64,000 nucleotides of DNA. Origin: the human T2T-CHM13v2.0 reference genome, Homo sapiens. Position numbers and translations under genes: made by a program. Numbering within the stretch: position 1 is the stretch's first letter; each line of letters opens with the position of its first letter. The notes below the pieces were generated by a model. It saw only the letters and a list, made by a program, of their open reading frames with translations, was not told the origin of the DNA and ran no database searches. This document shows, piece by piece, positions 1-31,782 of the stretch. The DNA is taken from NCBI RefSeq assembly GCF_009914755.1, contig NC_060939.1. One strand, given 5' to 3'.

Positions 1-630
1 ACAGTATGCTCCAAGTTATGATATTATGAGATAAATAAATATAAAATTGAACTTATACTAATGAACCCATAATATACCAAGGGAAAGAATTTTAAAACAA
101 CCAGAAACAAAGGATAGATTACTTTATTAAGCATCAAGCTAGATCCATTATACTTCATCCTGGGTGACAGGGTGAGATCCTGTCTCAAAAAAAAGAACAA
201 TATTAGAAATTAATAAATTATATAATTATAGATAAAGTACAGATAAGTAAATAAAAACTTTATGAAAATGAATTTGAATAGATAAAATGCACAATTTAGA
301 AGACAAACTACCAAAATTGACTTTGGAAAATTTCAATAATCAATAACTATTATAGAAACTGAATCTTTTTTTTTTTTTAAAAAAACCTCCATAAAAAAAC
401 TCCAGACCTAGACAGTTTTAGGGGAAGTTTTACTAAGCCTTAAAACAACAGGTATTTCTCTTATCTAACTATATTGTTTCAAATAGTAGAAAAAGAAAAA
501 CGCTCTATAGTATATAGGTCTGGTATAATTTGGTATACAATCTAGACAAGAACAGTATGAGGAAAGAAAAATATAACTGAACCTCAATATGAAGATAAAT
601 GTGACAACTGCTTATAAAATATTAGCAAAT
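1..630 (+). mobile_element. Old degraded L1M ORF2-region remnant
   Basis: A-rich sequence with decayed L1 ORF2 motifs (ctaccaaaattgact; ccagacctagacagtttta; aaaatattagcaaattgaa). Confidence 0.6.
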
Positions 631-679
631 TGAATATATATATATATATATATATTCAATCTAAATGACTTTTTTTTGT

Positions 680-1016
<337 letters not shown>

Positions 1017-1029
1017 TAAAGACATATGA

Positions 1030-1235
1030 CCTGGTGGAAATAGCACAGGTTTCAGATGCAGACCAGATCTGGGTTCAAATCCCACAAGTTTACTTATTCA
1101 TAGTTATTTTTTTTTTCTGAACATCTATTTCCTCTAAAATAAGAATAGCAGCACTTAGACTGAAGTGTTGTGAAGACTGAGTGACCCAAGCAATAAAATC
1201 CCCTGGCACATAGTAGTCACCTAATAAATGTTAAT
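1030..1235. mobile_element. MIR relic
   Basis: ctgggttcaaatccc...ctggcacatagtag...aataaatgtt MIR core motifs. Confidence 0.6.
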
Positions 1236-1321
1236 TATTATTATTATATATGTGATTTTACACTAAAATGTTAAATTTATAGGAATTCAATAATGACTTA
1301 TGTAAGGAAAATACTAAATAT

Positions 1322-1622
<301 letters not shown>

Positions 1623-1704
1623 GGAAAATGCATCCAAAACAAAGTTTAATATTCTAAAATTAGATAAAACCAAACTCGTAGCTTTCAGTATAGAATTATA
1701 TTCA

Positions 1705-11368
<9,664 letters not shown>

Positions 11369-11386
11369 TGAATTATATTTGTATCA

Positions 11387-11689
<303 letters not shown>

Positions 11690-12174
11690 TTATCTGTTTT
11701 TGAATACACCAAGATTAAAAGCTAGAAGCAATCTTTATTTGCTGTAGAGTAAGTCTGCTTATAGTACTCATTTTCCTAAGTGATGTGAGGAAAAGGTCTT
11801 TTAATGAAATTCCTAGTTTCTTATCTCTAATGGAATAAATGAATGCTTCTGACATTGCTAGTCCACTCCAAGTCTTTTTGGGCCTGAGTTAAGCACTTAT
11901 TTAACAACATCTTTGTAAATTTCAAAAGAAAGCACACAAGCAAAGAAGACACTCTTCTTTTCGAATCCTTGAACGAATCCTTGCTCATTTTATTAGAAAA
12001 CTTCATTATCCCCGAAAGAAGAAATGTCTTTACTTTAGTCTTTGTACTGAATTGCTTATTCTCAATGTGCCAAAACAGTAACCTAATGCTGTGAATAGAT
12101 TTACAAAAAAAGAAAAGCGTCATATATACTTCACCAACAGGACTCACTACTCAAGAAATTCTTAATCATTTTAC

Positions 12175-12406
12175 CTTTTGGAGCAAGATTTCTAGATGCC
12201 AAATTTCTAGTAAGACTCTTATATTTTATTTTTTTTCTTTCTTCTTTAATTTGCTTTTCTTTTTGACATAATTTCTCTTCTCTCTGAATTTTTTTTTGCT
12301 CCTCAGCTTTTCTTTGATATTCTTTCCAGGCTTCCAATGCTTTAGTGGCTTTTATCCGTTCATTTTCTTTCATATCTTCTATTTTTTTCCTCTCTTCTTC
12401 TTCAAT
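12175..12406 (-). CDS. DNAAF4: DNAAF4 coding exon (c.406-637; charged coiled-coil region)
   Basis: Acceptor TTGTTATAG| at 12408-12407. Encodes [77 protein letters not shown] plus one G; donor GTAAAA at 12174; 232 nt. Later exons lie beyond position 1. Confidence 0.96.
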
Positions 12407-13244
12407 CTATAACAATTGCAATTACCAAATTCTTTAAAATACATAAAAGCAACATTTATTTAAATGAGAAATTCATTACAATAATTAGTTATTCATACCT
12501 CTAAACTCTTGCCATTGTATTTGTAACAATAGGTAGTAGTGAATTATGAATTAAAATGGGAAAGGTAAATGATTCAGGAGAAAAACCATTGGTGTTGGAG
12601 TCATGGAACAAAGATTTTAGTCCCAGATCTACCATTAGCTGTATGGTCTTAGGCAATCACTTTCTCCAACCTCAGTTTACTTATATGTAAAATGTGGGCA
12701 GGCATTCAATTAGATGATACCTAAGGGCTTGGTAGAAAAAATAATAGAAATTTATTATTCTAGGAGTTAAGCCACTTCTCTCAAAATCTACACACACACA
12801 CACACACACACATCCCAACACATATATTCAAACATTTGCTTTTCAACTTATCCCAAGTCTTACCCTGTCAACCGAAGTTGTGCCAACCCTTCAGTCCTAA
12901 GGACTGAAGGAAGAGGGAACAGTAGAAAAGGAAATAGGAAGGATGAACAAGACGGTCTGTCTCTGGTGGGTGGAAATATTTGAAGTCTTAATCCTATGTT
13001 TGCACTAGTAGTTGTCTGACACTTTCAAAGAGCTAAATATCAGATGAATTTGAAAGCAGTATCTTGTACAGGTGTGTGGCAACTTTTCTGCCTTTCAAAC
13101 TTCCCTCACATGGGCAAGAAAAAAAACCTTGTGAAACAGAGTACCTAGTTGGTGTACATGATTGACTCCATGTATCTGACTTTCCTATGGTAAGAAAAAT
13201 TTCTTACCTCTATCCACTAGAGAAGCACTTACTTCAATGATCAA

Positions 13245-13400
13245 AATGTCTGTGCTATCCAATATAGTAGCCACTAGCCACAGGTGGCTAATTAAGTACT
13301 TCAAATGTGGCTACTGAGACTCAGGAACTGAATTTTTAATGTTATTTAAGTTTCATTAATGTACATTTAAATTAATTTACATTTAAATAGGACATCTGAA
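13245..13400. mobile_element. MER3/MER33-like hAT-Charlie DNA transposon relic
   Basis: gtgctatccaatatagtagccactagccacaggtggcta...aaatgtggcta motif. Confidence 0.7.
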
Positions 13401-14185
13401 GTGGTTCTAGACTATGGATATGCTAGGATGAAGGTCCCTAAATGTTGTATTACTTTAAAATAGAGATTTAACATTACGAGTATGAAACCTGTGCACTGAA
13501 AGGTGCTCTGTAATATCTACATGACATAATACTCTCTTCTAGAAGACTGATTATTTTCCTGTGAGATGCTGACTTTAAAATAAATTTCACGGGACACTGA
13601 ATGAAAATTTCCTGTAGTCCCAATTTTACCTCAGGCTTAAATTAAGCACAAAATATGCTAATTATTACTATATATTCTTAGTTCAGAGAGTTGCCAGTAA
13701 GCTGCCAACAGATTGAACCAGGAAGAATCTACACATGGCAATGAAACAAAATTTAAATGCCTCACAATAAGGCATGATGAACACTCCGTGTTAGAGAGGA
13801 AGCCACAACCTAAAAGACGACTTCACCCAGCCTAATTATATGTCTGCCTTTTTTCACTCTCTGCCCCAACACATGAAAAAGGGAGAATATGTGGAGAGTC
13901 AGACACCCTCACCCATCATACTCCCTGCAAGAAGAATGAATTTTACATGAAGTTTTTAAAATGCATAAGACTAAGTCTTAATTACCAAAAATGAGACTGT
14001 TCTTACAACAAAAAATAACAGGAAAGTTCTGGTATTATAGCCAAGATGTAGTTAAGGGAACTATAGGTATAATGATAATTTATAATAAGCTATATTAGAG
14101 ACAGAAATAGTCCAGCTCTTCAGAGAGTAGTGATGAAGAGGAGAAACCAAGAAAGGCTTCACAGAGTAGGTAACAGAAGGAACTA

Positions 14186-16726
<2,541 letters not shown>

Positions 16727-16728
16727 AA

Positions 16729-16953
<225 letters not shown>

Positions 16954-17094
16954 TAGCCAGGATGGTCTCGATCTCCTGACCTCGTGATCTGCCCGCCTCG
17001 GCCTCCCAAAGTGCTGGGATTACAGGCGTGAGCCACCACGCCCAGCCAACAATTCTTAAAGATATTTTGTTATTTATTTACTTACTTATTTTGA

Positions 17095-17311
<217 letters not shown>

Positions 17312-17686
17312 TGATCCACCCGCCTCAACCTCCCAAAGTGCAGGGATTACAGGCGTGAGCCACCGTGCCCAGCTCTTAAAGATATTTTAAATAAAAATCA
17401 TCTAATATAGGAAACACACAATTTAACACAGACACCGACAAATATTAAACAATCCTTGAAGGTCTTTCAAAGAAAAATCATCTAATACAGGGAAGACACA
17501 CGGAGGAATATGCAGTAACAGAAAAACTCAGAAGGCTAAAATAATAATCATTGTACATAAAGGACTGGAGGCCCGGGGGCAGTGGCTCATGCCTGAAATC
17601 CCAGCACTTTGGGAGGCCCAGGCAGGTTGATCACTTGAGGTCAGGAGTTCAAGAACAACCTGGCCAACATGGTGAAACCCCATCTA

Positions 17687-17911
<225 letters not shown>

Positions 17912-18181
17912 TTACTACAGGTTATTAGTTTAATGCAGACAGCAAATAAAACTAATACGAGAATAATGAATAGTTCCTACACTAAATTTTTGAAGAAGAG
18001 GAAATGTATAATTCTTTTAATCTAGAATGAATGTCTGGTCAACAAGGCATTGTTCTTTATAAGCCAATCCCACTTGTGAATTACATGCAAAAATTGTAAA
18101 TAAAACATTAGCAAACTCAGCCCGGCATGGAGGCTCACGCCTGTAAACCCAACACTTTGGGAAGCCGAGTCAGGCAAATTA

Positions 18182-18782
<601 letters not shown>

Positions 18783-18920
18783 CTTTCTTACTTAAGGTAT
18801 TAGGAAATCAATAGAGAAAAGCATTATGATGTCAGTGTATGCCAAAATGTCAGTTGATATTGGGAATAAAAATAAGAAATAAAAATTTATAAGCTGGATA
18901 GAAGGACCAAGACTATGTTA

Positions 18921-19176
<256 letters not shown>

Positions 19177-19575
19177 CTAGATCACGCCACTACACTCCAG
19201 CCTGGGTCACAGAGCAAGACTCCGTCTCAAAAAAATAAAAATAAAAAATAAAAGAAATATTAGAAATATTTCCAGCAAAATCACTAAGGCAAGTATACCT
19301 AATGTTTTACTATTTTCCTAGAGGTCAGAACCTAAATGATAAACTTTTAAAAATAAGAAATACAAATATAGATTACAAGGAGATAGAATTGCATCATTTG
19401 CAAATAATAGTACACTACTTAAAATAACCAAAATAATAAACTGACAAACCAAAAGTAAGTTCAGCAAGGCAGTCACATATAAAATCAACTAGCTGGGCGC
19501 GATGGCTCACGCCTATAATCTCAACACTTTGGGAGGCCGAGGTGGGCAGATCATGAGGTAAGGAGTTCAAGATCA

Positions 19576-19791
<216 letters not shown>

Positions 19792-20070
19792 TTATACAAA
19801 CTTATAAAAACAAACTTACTTTCCTACAAACTGGCAATAAATAATTAGAAACTACAATGGAAACGTTAATTTCATCAGCAATCACCAGAAAAACATAAAT
19901 GAATAAGCTTAGCAAAATATAAGCAAGTCATAAGGCCAGGGGCGGTGGCTCATGCCTGTAATCCTAGCACTTTGGGAGGTTGAGGTGGGCGGATTACCTG
20001 AGGTTGGGAGTTCAAGACCAGCCTGGCCAACATGGTGAAACCTCGTCTCTACTAAAAATACAAAAAGTTA

Positions 20071-20265
<195 letters not shown>

Positions 20266-20715
20266 TTAAATAATTTTGCTGAGAGATGTAAAGTATATCC
20301 AAATAAATGGAGATAAATGCCATGTTCCTGGAGGGAAATCTCAATATTATAAGTATGTTGATGCGCTGCAAATTTACAAAGTCAATGTAAATTCAATCAA
20401 AATACCAAGAGGACTTCTTAGGAAACTTGATAAGTAAATATAAAATTCATCTGCAAAGACAACATGCAGATTTTGTGGCAACATGAAGAGGTTGGCAATT
20501 CCCCTCCACAAATATTAAGGATAAAACTGGATAAAATTATCAAAAACAACCATTTCAGGGGACTGGAAATTAACCAAAAGAAGACTACAAAGAGAAAAGT
20601 CTTTAGTCTAGAAAAGCTGCTAAAGTTCTAAGTATGAAAGGTAAGAAGCTGTGCCCTTTGGCCTGAGGTTGCTCCTAAAACCCCCTCCCAGCTAGGATGA
20701 TGAGCCTGGCAATTT

Positions 20716-20955
20716 TACTGGCTGAATATCCCTTGTCCAAAATGCTTGGAACTAGAAGTGTTTCAGATTTTGGATTTTTTTCAGATTTTGGAATACTTGC
20801 AGAATACACACTGGCTGAGCATCCTTACTCCAAAAATCTGAAATCCAAAATGCTCCAGTGAACACTTCCTTTGAGCATTGTGTTGGTGCTCAAAAGTTAC
20901 AGATTTTGGAGCATTTCAGATTTTGTATTTTTTGATCATAAATGCTCAACCCATA
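20716..20955. mobile_element. Tigger4a/MER46-like DNA transposon relic
   Basis: gctgaatatcccttgtccaaaatgcttgg...tcagattttgga...atgctcaacc with internal inverted structure. Confidence 0.75.
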
Positions 20956-23018
20956 CCAACATGAAACTACCAAAAAGAACCTAGCAGTTTGTTGCTAAAA
21001 AGGGTGGGCTCATTTCCGGGTAGGGCAGTGAAAACCTGTAGCTTTGGTGGATAAAAGTGCTAGGCTTGGTTGGGAATAAAGAGGAAAACTTTGCAGTTGG
21101 TCTGAGGTTGAGATCCTGGTTAGGATAAGTGCCTAAGCAGTCAGAAATTTAATGGAAAGATTATGTAAATGAGAGAGCTACGGATGCATGGTGACCCTAT
21201 CACCTTTTAAGGCTCTCATGAAACAATGGATAGAAGACAATGAAATGACATGTTCAAAGTACCGACAGAAAAAAACAGAACTATAAACCACAAATTCTAT
21301 ATTTAGCAAAACTATTCTTCACAAGTGAAAGCAAAATACCTTCCAAGACAAATGAAAACCGAGGGAGTATGTTGCTAATAGACCTGCTCTATAAGATACA
21401 CTTTTTTAAAAAAGGGCAGGGCATGGGGAGGTGGCTCGCACCTGCAATCCCAGGTGTGATTTGGGATGCCAAGCCAGGAGGATCGCTTGAAGCCAGGAGT
21501 TCAAGACCATCCTGAGTAACACAGAGTATCCCCATCTTTACTAGATAGGCATGGTGGCATGTGCGTGTAGTCCCAGCTACTCAGGAGGCTGGGGCAGGAA
21601 GACTGCTTGAGACCAGGAGTTTGAAGTTACAGTGAGCTATGAATGTACCACTGCACTCCAACCTGTACAATAGAGTGAGACCTTATCTCTTAAAAGAGAA
21701 AGGAAAGGAAAATGATACCAGATATTAACTAATTCATACCTACAAGAAAGAATGAAGAGTATGAGAAATGGTAAATATGTGGGTAAGCGTAAAAGACAAT
21801 ACAAACAGATTTTTTTAAATGTGTTCTATACGTTTTAATAGAACATGATTCAGCCTTAAAAAGAAAGGAAATTCTGACACAAGCTAAAACAAGGATGAAC
21901 CTTGAAGACAAAGTATGCTAAAAAATATAAAACAGTCACAAAAGGACAAATATTGTATAATTCCACTTACATGAAGTAAAATAAGTCATTTTTTTTTACA
22001 TAAAATAGTCAAATTCATAGAAAAAGTAGAATGGTGGCTGTCAAGGGCTGGGAGGATAGAGAATAGAGAGTTATTGTTTAATGGGTACAGAGTTTTAATT
22101 GTGCAAGACGAAATGAGTTCTGGAGGGCCAGGCATGGTGGCTCACGCCTGTAATCCCCGAACTTTGGGAGGCCAAGGCGGGTGGATCACCTGAGGTCAGG
22201 AGTTAAAGACCAGCCTGGCCAACATGGTGAAACCCCGTCTCTACTAAAAATACAAAAAATTAGCCGGGCGTGGTGGCATACGCCTGTAATCCCAGCTACT
22301 CAGGAGGCTGAGGCAGGAGAATCACTTGAACCCAGGAGGCAGAGGTTGCAGTGAGCTGAGATCACGCCACTGTACTCCAGCCTGGGCAACAGAATGAAAC
22401 TCCAACTCAAAAAAAAAATAAAAAAAGAAAAGAGTTCTGGAGATGGTTAGTAGTGATGGTTGTCAATATACTTAATGCCATGGAACTGTATACTTAAAGA
22501 TGGTAAGTTGTATGTTAGTTATATTTTACCACAATTAGAAAATAAACTTTTTAAAAAGACAATATATATATTTTTGCTTTCTACTCTTTATTTATTTAAA
22601 AACCTAAGATTTTTTAAGAAATAATGATTTTTAATGTAAAATCATAACACATATTGTTGGGATTACAACAAATATATATGCATATACACATACCTGAATG
22701 GCACTAATAGACCAAAGGAGGAGTAGAAAATGGAGTTATATTAGAACAAGTTGCTATATTTTACTGGAACTGAGTCAGTATTAACCTGAAGTAGATTGTG
22801 ATCAGTTAAAGGAACACAGAACAACCACTGAAAAATAAATTTTAAAAATATTTAAAAATATATGTAAGTATGTATGTATGTATGCGTGTGTGTGTGTATA
22901 TATATATATACATATATACACATATATGTGCATGTTTTTTATCTATATAGGTAAAAAATTAACATAGGAACATCAGTTTAGGCTTTGACATGTAAAGAGC
23001 TTAGAAGCTGTCACTCCT

Positions 23019-23200
23019 AGCTGGGTGTGGCAGCTCACACCTATAAATCCCAGCACTTCAGGAGGCTGAGGCAGGTGGATCATTTAAGGTCAGGAATTTG
23101 AGATCCATCTGGCCAACATGGTGAAAACCTGTCTCTACTGAAAAAAAAAAAAAATTAAAAAATTACCTGGGCATCATGGCAGGTGCCTGTAACCCCAGCA
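23019..23200 (+). mobile_element. 3'-truncated Alu joined directly to ERV sequence
   Basis: Alu stops at gtaaccccagca in the right arm with no tail or TSD. Confidence 0.8.
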
Positions 23201-24482
23201 CTGGAGGACTGACTGCCCCAGCTCCCACGGAGGAGCTCAGTCAGTTAAGACTCTAGCAGTGCAAAAGCAGGAGCTAGATGAAGACTGAAGGGGCCCAGGG
23301 CCTTCCTCACTGCCCCTGTCCAGGAACATCATCATTACTACTGAGGATCCCTGAGTAACTCTGGACACAACGGGTACACAAATTCAGTTTCTTTTTGATT
23401 CAGGGGCAAGTTACTCTGTACTTACTGCTTATGCAGGAAAGCCCTCCACTAGGACAATGACTGTTATAGGAAATGAAGGAAAAAATAAAGTCAGGCATTT
23501 CACCCCTCCTTTAACCTGCCAATTTGAAAAACAAATTTTCCAGCAGGGGTTTCTAATAGTACCAAGCTGCCCAGTCCCCTTGTTCAGAAGAGATTTTATG
23601 GTTAAAATAGGGGCACTGCTACAATTTAAGCACTGCCTGGGTGCTAATGGTCAGTGATGCAGACAACGTTCTGGACCATGTCAACAAACAGGTCAACCTG
23701 CTAGCATGGTATACTGGGAGGCCTGGAAGGGCTAGAATGGCAGTGCCAGTCAACATACAGCTTAAAGGACCCAGTCATTATCCCAACCAAAAACAACATC
23801 CAATTAAGCTGAAGTCAAACACACTGCTATCCCAATCCCAGCCCAATCTTGGGCCCTTGAGAAAATATCCCCACCCAAATCTCCAACTATAAGAGAAGAA
23901 CTCCCTTCAATTTAATGAACCTGCATGACATATTTGACTTCAAAATTACAGAAATGACAAAGGTTACAATGACAAGACAAGCAGTAAACCTTCTCCAGTC
24001 CTATCAAATCAACCTTTCTGGAGTTGCATCCCCTCAAAAACCCATTAGGGGCCCAATATCGATGCACACAGAACTAAAATTCCAGGCACCACTTTGTATT
24101 AAAAGAAGCCAAAATTTTGGTCAAGCCCTGAGTACCTTGAAATATCTTCAATGCAACCACCCCCTAGAGATTAACCTCTTATCTGATCATGTAAGCTATG
24201 CAGTTACCCAGACTGCATCATTTAGAAAACTTGTATGGTTTTCATGAAAACCACCCTTAGTTAAGGCTACTTTAAAGGATATGCAGTCTAAGTACTGTCA
24301 GGGTAGGCCCACTAGCTGTATGCACATTTTCCCCTGGGAAGGCTATACTAATCCTGAGACATCTAGTTGCCTTTTAGTCCCCCAGTACAAAAATAGCTCT
24401 GGGTGTTGGCTGGTAGACACTAAGCATAACCACCTAAACTGAGAGAACAAAACCACTTGGGCAACTCAGAGTACTTCCCAAG

Positions 24483-25577
24483 TGTTGCGGGAAGTCAGGG
24501 ACCCCGAATGGAGGGACTGGCTGGAGCCGCAGCAGAGGAACATAAATTGGGAGATTTCATTTTAATATGGACATTTATCAGTTCCCAAATAATACTTTTA
24601 TAATTTATGCCTGTCTTTACTTTAATCTCTTAATCCTGTTATCTTCGTAAGCTGAGGATGTATGTCACCTCAGGACCACTGTGATAATTGTGTTAACTGT
24701 ACAAACTGATTGTAAAACATGTGTGTTTCAACAATATGAAATCAGTGCACCTTGAAAAAGAACGGAATAATAGCAATTTTTAAGGAACAAGGGAAGACAA
24801 CCATAAGGTCTGACTGTCTGTGGGGTCAGGCAAAAAGAGTCACATTTTTCTTCTTGCAGAGAGCCTATAAATGGACATGCAAGTAGGAGACATATCGCTA
24901 AATTCTTTTCCTAGCAAGGAATATTAATATTAATACCCTGGGAAAGGAATGTGTTCCTAGGCGGAGGTCTATAAATGGCCGCTCTGGGCTCTGGGAATGT
25001 CTGTCTTGTGCAGTTGAGATAAGGACTGAGATACGCCCTGGTCTCCTGCAGAACCCTCAGGCTTACTAGGGTGGGGGAAAAACTCCACCCTCGTAAATTT
25101 GTGGTCAGACCAGTTCTCTACTCTTGAATCCTGTGTTCTGTTGTTTAAGATGTTTATCAAGATAATATGTGCACTGCTGAACATAGACCCTTATCAGTAG
25201 TTCTGCTTTTGCCCTTTGCCTTGTGATCTTTGTTGGACCCTTGTCAGTAGTTCTGCTTTTGCCCTTTGTCCTGTTCCCTCAGAAGTATGTGATCTTTGTT
25301 ACACCCTTATTAGTAGTTCTGCTTGTTGCCCTTTGAAGCATATGATCTTTGTATCTACTCCCTGTTCTTACACCCCCTTTTTGAAACCCTTAATAAAAAC
25401 TTGCTGGTTTGAGGCTCAAGCAGGCATCACAGTCCTACTGATATGTGATGTCACCCCCGATGGCCCAGCTGTAAAATTCCTCTCTTTATACTGTCTCTCT
25501 TTATTTCTCAGCTGGCCAACACTTATGGAAAACAGAAAGAACCTACGTTGAAATACTGGGGGTGGGATCCCCCGATA
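24483..25577 (+). mobile_element. MER11 solo LTR (HERV-K11/HML-8) inserted in the ERV1 env
   Basis: Starts tgttgcgggaagtcagggacccc and ends cccccgata; 6-bp TSD cccaag at 24477-24482 and 25578-25583; about 1.1 kb. Confidence 0.88.
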
Positions 25578-26071
25578 CCCAAGGCCCCCTCCAGCCTTTA
25601 ACCAGGGCCACTGTAGCAGGGACCTTAACCACTTGGGAAAAGGAAAACAACAAGCTAACCTACATGTTCATCATAGAGAACAATTTTTGTCTTGAAAAAC
25701 AAGCAGCCTTTTTCCTGTGTGGGACTAGTTCCTACTTACGTTTACTAGCCAAATGGACTGGAACCAATTGTTTGCACTGCACACTTGTTTACTTAGCCCC
25801 CGAGATCAATATAGCTCCCAATAACCAGTCTCTCATTATACCTTTAACTGCAACCATCAGGCACAAACAAGCCACCCAACTCATACCCTTTCAGGTAGGG
25901 TTACGAATAACTGCAGGCGTAGAAACAGGAAATAGTGGGCTTCCAACTTCTCTATCCTATTACCAACGCTTGTCCAAGGAGCTTTCAGACGGCTTGGAAG
26001 ACACTGCCCAAAGTATGCCTTACAAAATCAGGTAGACTCTTTGGCAGTCACTTTACAAAACAGAAGAGGAC

Positions 26072-26432
26072 TGATAAGGTTGGGCTCTGTATCCCCACCC
26101 AAATCTCACCTTGGATTGTAATAATCCCCACGTGTCAAGGGTGGGACCAGGTGGAGGTAAATGAATCATGGGGGCAGTTTCCCCCATGATGTTCTCATGA
26201 TAATGAGTGAGTCTCACAAGATCTAATGGTTTTATAAGGTTTTATGGCATTTCTCCTGCTGGTGCTCATTCTCTCTCCTGCCACCCTGTTAAGAGGTGTC
26301 TTCTGCCATGATTGGTAGTTTCCTGAGGCCTCCTTAGCCATGTGGAACTGTGACTCAATGAAAACTCTTTCCTTTATAAATTACCCGATCTTGGGTATGT
26401 CTTCATTAGCAGTGTGAGAATGGACTAATACA
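26072..26432 (+). mobile_element. THE1/MST (MaLR) solo LTR inserted in the env ISD
   Basis: tgata...gactaataca, 361 bp; 5-bp TSD aggac/gggac. Confidence 0.88.
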
Positions 26433-26963
26433 GGGACTGGATCTCCTAACTGCTGAAAAAAGTGGCTTATATCTTTTCCTAGAGGGAAAGCACTGTTTTC
26501 ATATCAACCAATCAGGATTAGTAAGGGATGCTGCCCCAAAATTAGCTGACCAGGCCTCTAAAATATGACAACAGTTGTCCAAGTCATGGGGCCCCTGGTC
26601 AAGGATACTAAGCTGGGTTTCATGGCTCCTTCCCCTAGCCAGCACATTATTAATACTTGTACTTACATTGATTTTTGGACCATTTTTGTTTAATCATGTA
26701 ACCAGATTTATTTCTTCTCACCTAGAGAACATTAAGCTTCAAATGATCATGCAGCAGGGCTTCTAGCCAGTTCCAGGTGACGATGCCAGCCCTAGCCTTC
26801 AAGAAGTCACCCTCTCTCCACTAGACAGAGCAGGGCAAGAGTTCTGTGGTCCCCAATATGTAGGGACTCTGCCCTAATCCGCACGAAGCAATTACAGAAG
26901 ACAGACCATCAGTTCCTCTGCCTCCCATAAAGATTTATTGGGATCAAGTCTCTCAGGGGGAAA

Positions 26964-27446
26964 TGAGGCAGAACAGGGTCTGGAACAGGGAGCCTGAGGC
27001 CAACTAGCAGCTGGCTTATTGGAATTGGGCCAAAAGAAAAACCCCACCTCTCCATGCCAAGGGCCAGAGGCCCCTCCCTCTACAAAACCCCCTCTCTCCC
27101 CTATTGCTAATTAGTTATGGGCCAAGACTTCACTTCAGCCTCTGATTAGTAATGGGCCAAGCCTTCATTTGTGTAGGGTGCAACCAATGGGAAGCCTCTA
27201 AACGGTACCCAGGAATGCTACCAAATTCTTTTAGTTTAGTACAAACCTGAAAGAACATTGCAATCGGGGCTCTTGAGCTGCTTGCTTGAGCCCGCTTACA
27301 CTCTGTGGAGTGTACTTTTGCTTCAGTAAACCTGCACTTTCGTTGTTTTGTTCTTTTATTGCTTTGTTTGTGCATTTTGTTCAATTCTTTGTTTAATGTG
27401 CCAAGAACTGGGACAACTCATAGTCAAGACTTTCCATCTGGCAACA
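26964..27446 (+). mobile_element. 3' LTR of the ERV1 provirus (MER61/MER83-like)
   Basis: TG...CA termini directly after the PPT (tgaggcagaacagggtctgg...ctggcaaca); CCAAT box and agtaaa polyA-like signal. Subfamily uncertain. Confidence 0.75.
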
Positions 27447-30345
<2,899 letters not shown>

Positions 30346-31255
30346 CTGGCCAAAGACATCAGAACAGGAGATACCAAAAGTACAGAGCTCTAAGAACGGG
30401 TTTATGGAGAAAATACAAAACATGTAAAAGTGGAAGACAGGCTGCTGAGAAAGTCTGACATACACTGAAGAGGAATGAGATGAAAGAAAAAAGAAAGACG
30501 GGAGGATTTTTTAAATGCCAGAATCATGAAAGTTATTATCATAAAATAGAATAAAATGGCAAAGCAGTTCATTGTGGTCTTTTTGTACATTAGTTATACA
30601 TGCCCATGATAAACAGGGCATGTGTATTCACTGATAAGGATCATTTTGAGGTCCGATGGCATTAAATAGACAACTAGCAACTCATACCTTATCTGCATGA
30701 TCAGGCAAACCTCTTTCAAAGATTAAGGTTTCTGGGTTTCAACTTTAAGAAACCACAGCAGAAAAATGCACTTCAAATTTGACCTATCCAGTTTAAAAGA
30801 TCAGCTGGAAAAAAGAGTTCCATTGAAGCGGAAAACAAAACAAAAACAAGAAATGATAAAAAAAAAATTCAAGATAGAAGTGGGTAATGTACAGAACAAA
30901 ATAGTGAAGAAGACAGGAAAAGTAGGCGGCCAAGCGCAGTGGCTCACGCCTGTAATCCCAGCACTTTGGGAGGCTGAGGCAGGCAAATCACGAGGTCAGG
31001 AGATCGAGACCATCCTGGCTAACACGGTGAAACCCCATCTCTACCAAAAAATACAAAAAATTAGATGGGCGTGGTGGCGGGCACCTGTAGTCGCAGCTAC
31101 TCGGGAAACTTAGGCAGGAGAATGGCATGAACCCAGGAGGCAGAGCTTGCAGTGAGCCAAGACTGCGCCACTGCACTCCAGCCTGGACAACAGAGCGAGA
31201 CTCCATCTCAAAAAAAAAAAAAAAAAAAAAAGGAGGCAGTAGCAGCCAAGATTAG

Positions 31256-31782
<527 letters not shown>

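Larger units (their letters stand above)
23201..26963 (+). mobile_element. Defective ERV1 (gamma-like) internal region: gag end, pro, start of pol, then env
   Basis: Protease motif FLFDSGASYSVL at 23388-23423. Env TM immunosuppressive domain LQNRRG|LDLLTAEK split at 26071/26438. TM anchor WLLPLASTLLILVLTLIFGP (26575-26766). PPT aggggg-aaa before the LTR. Most of pol is absent. Confidence 0.85.
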
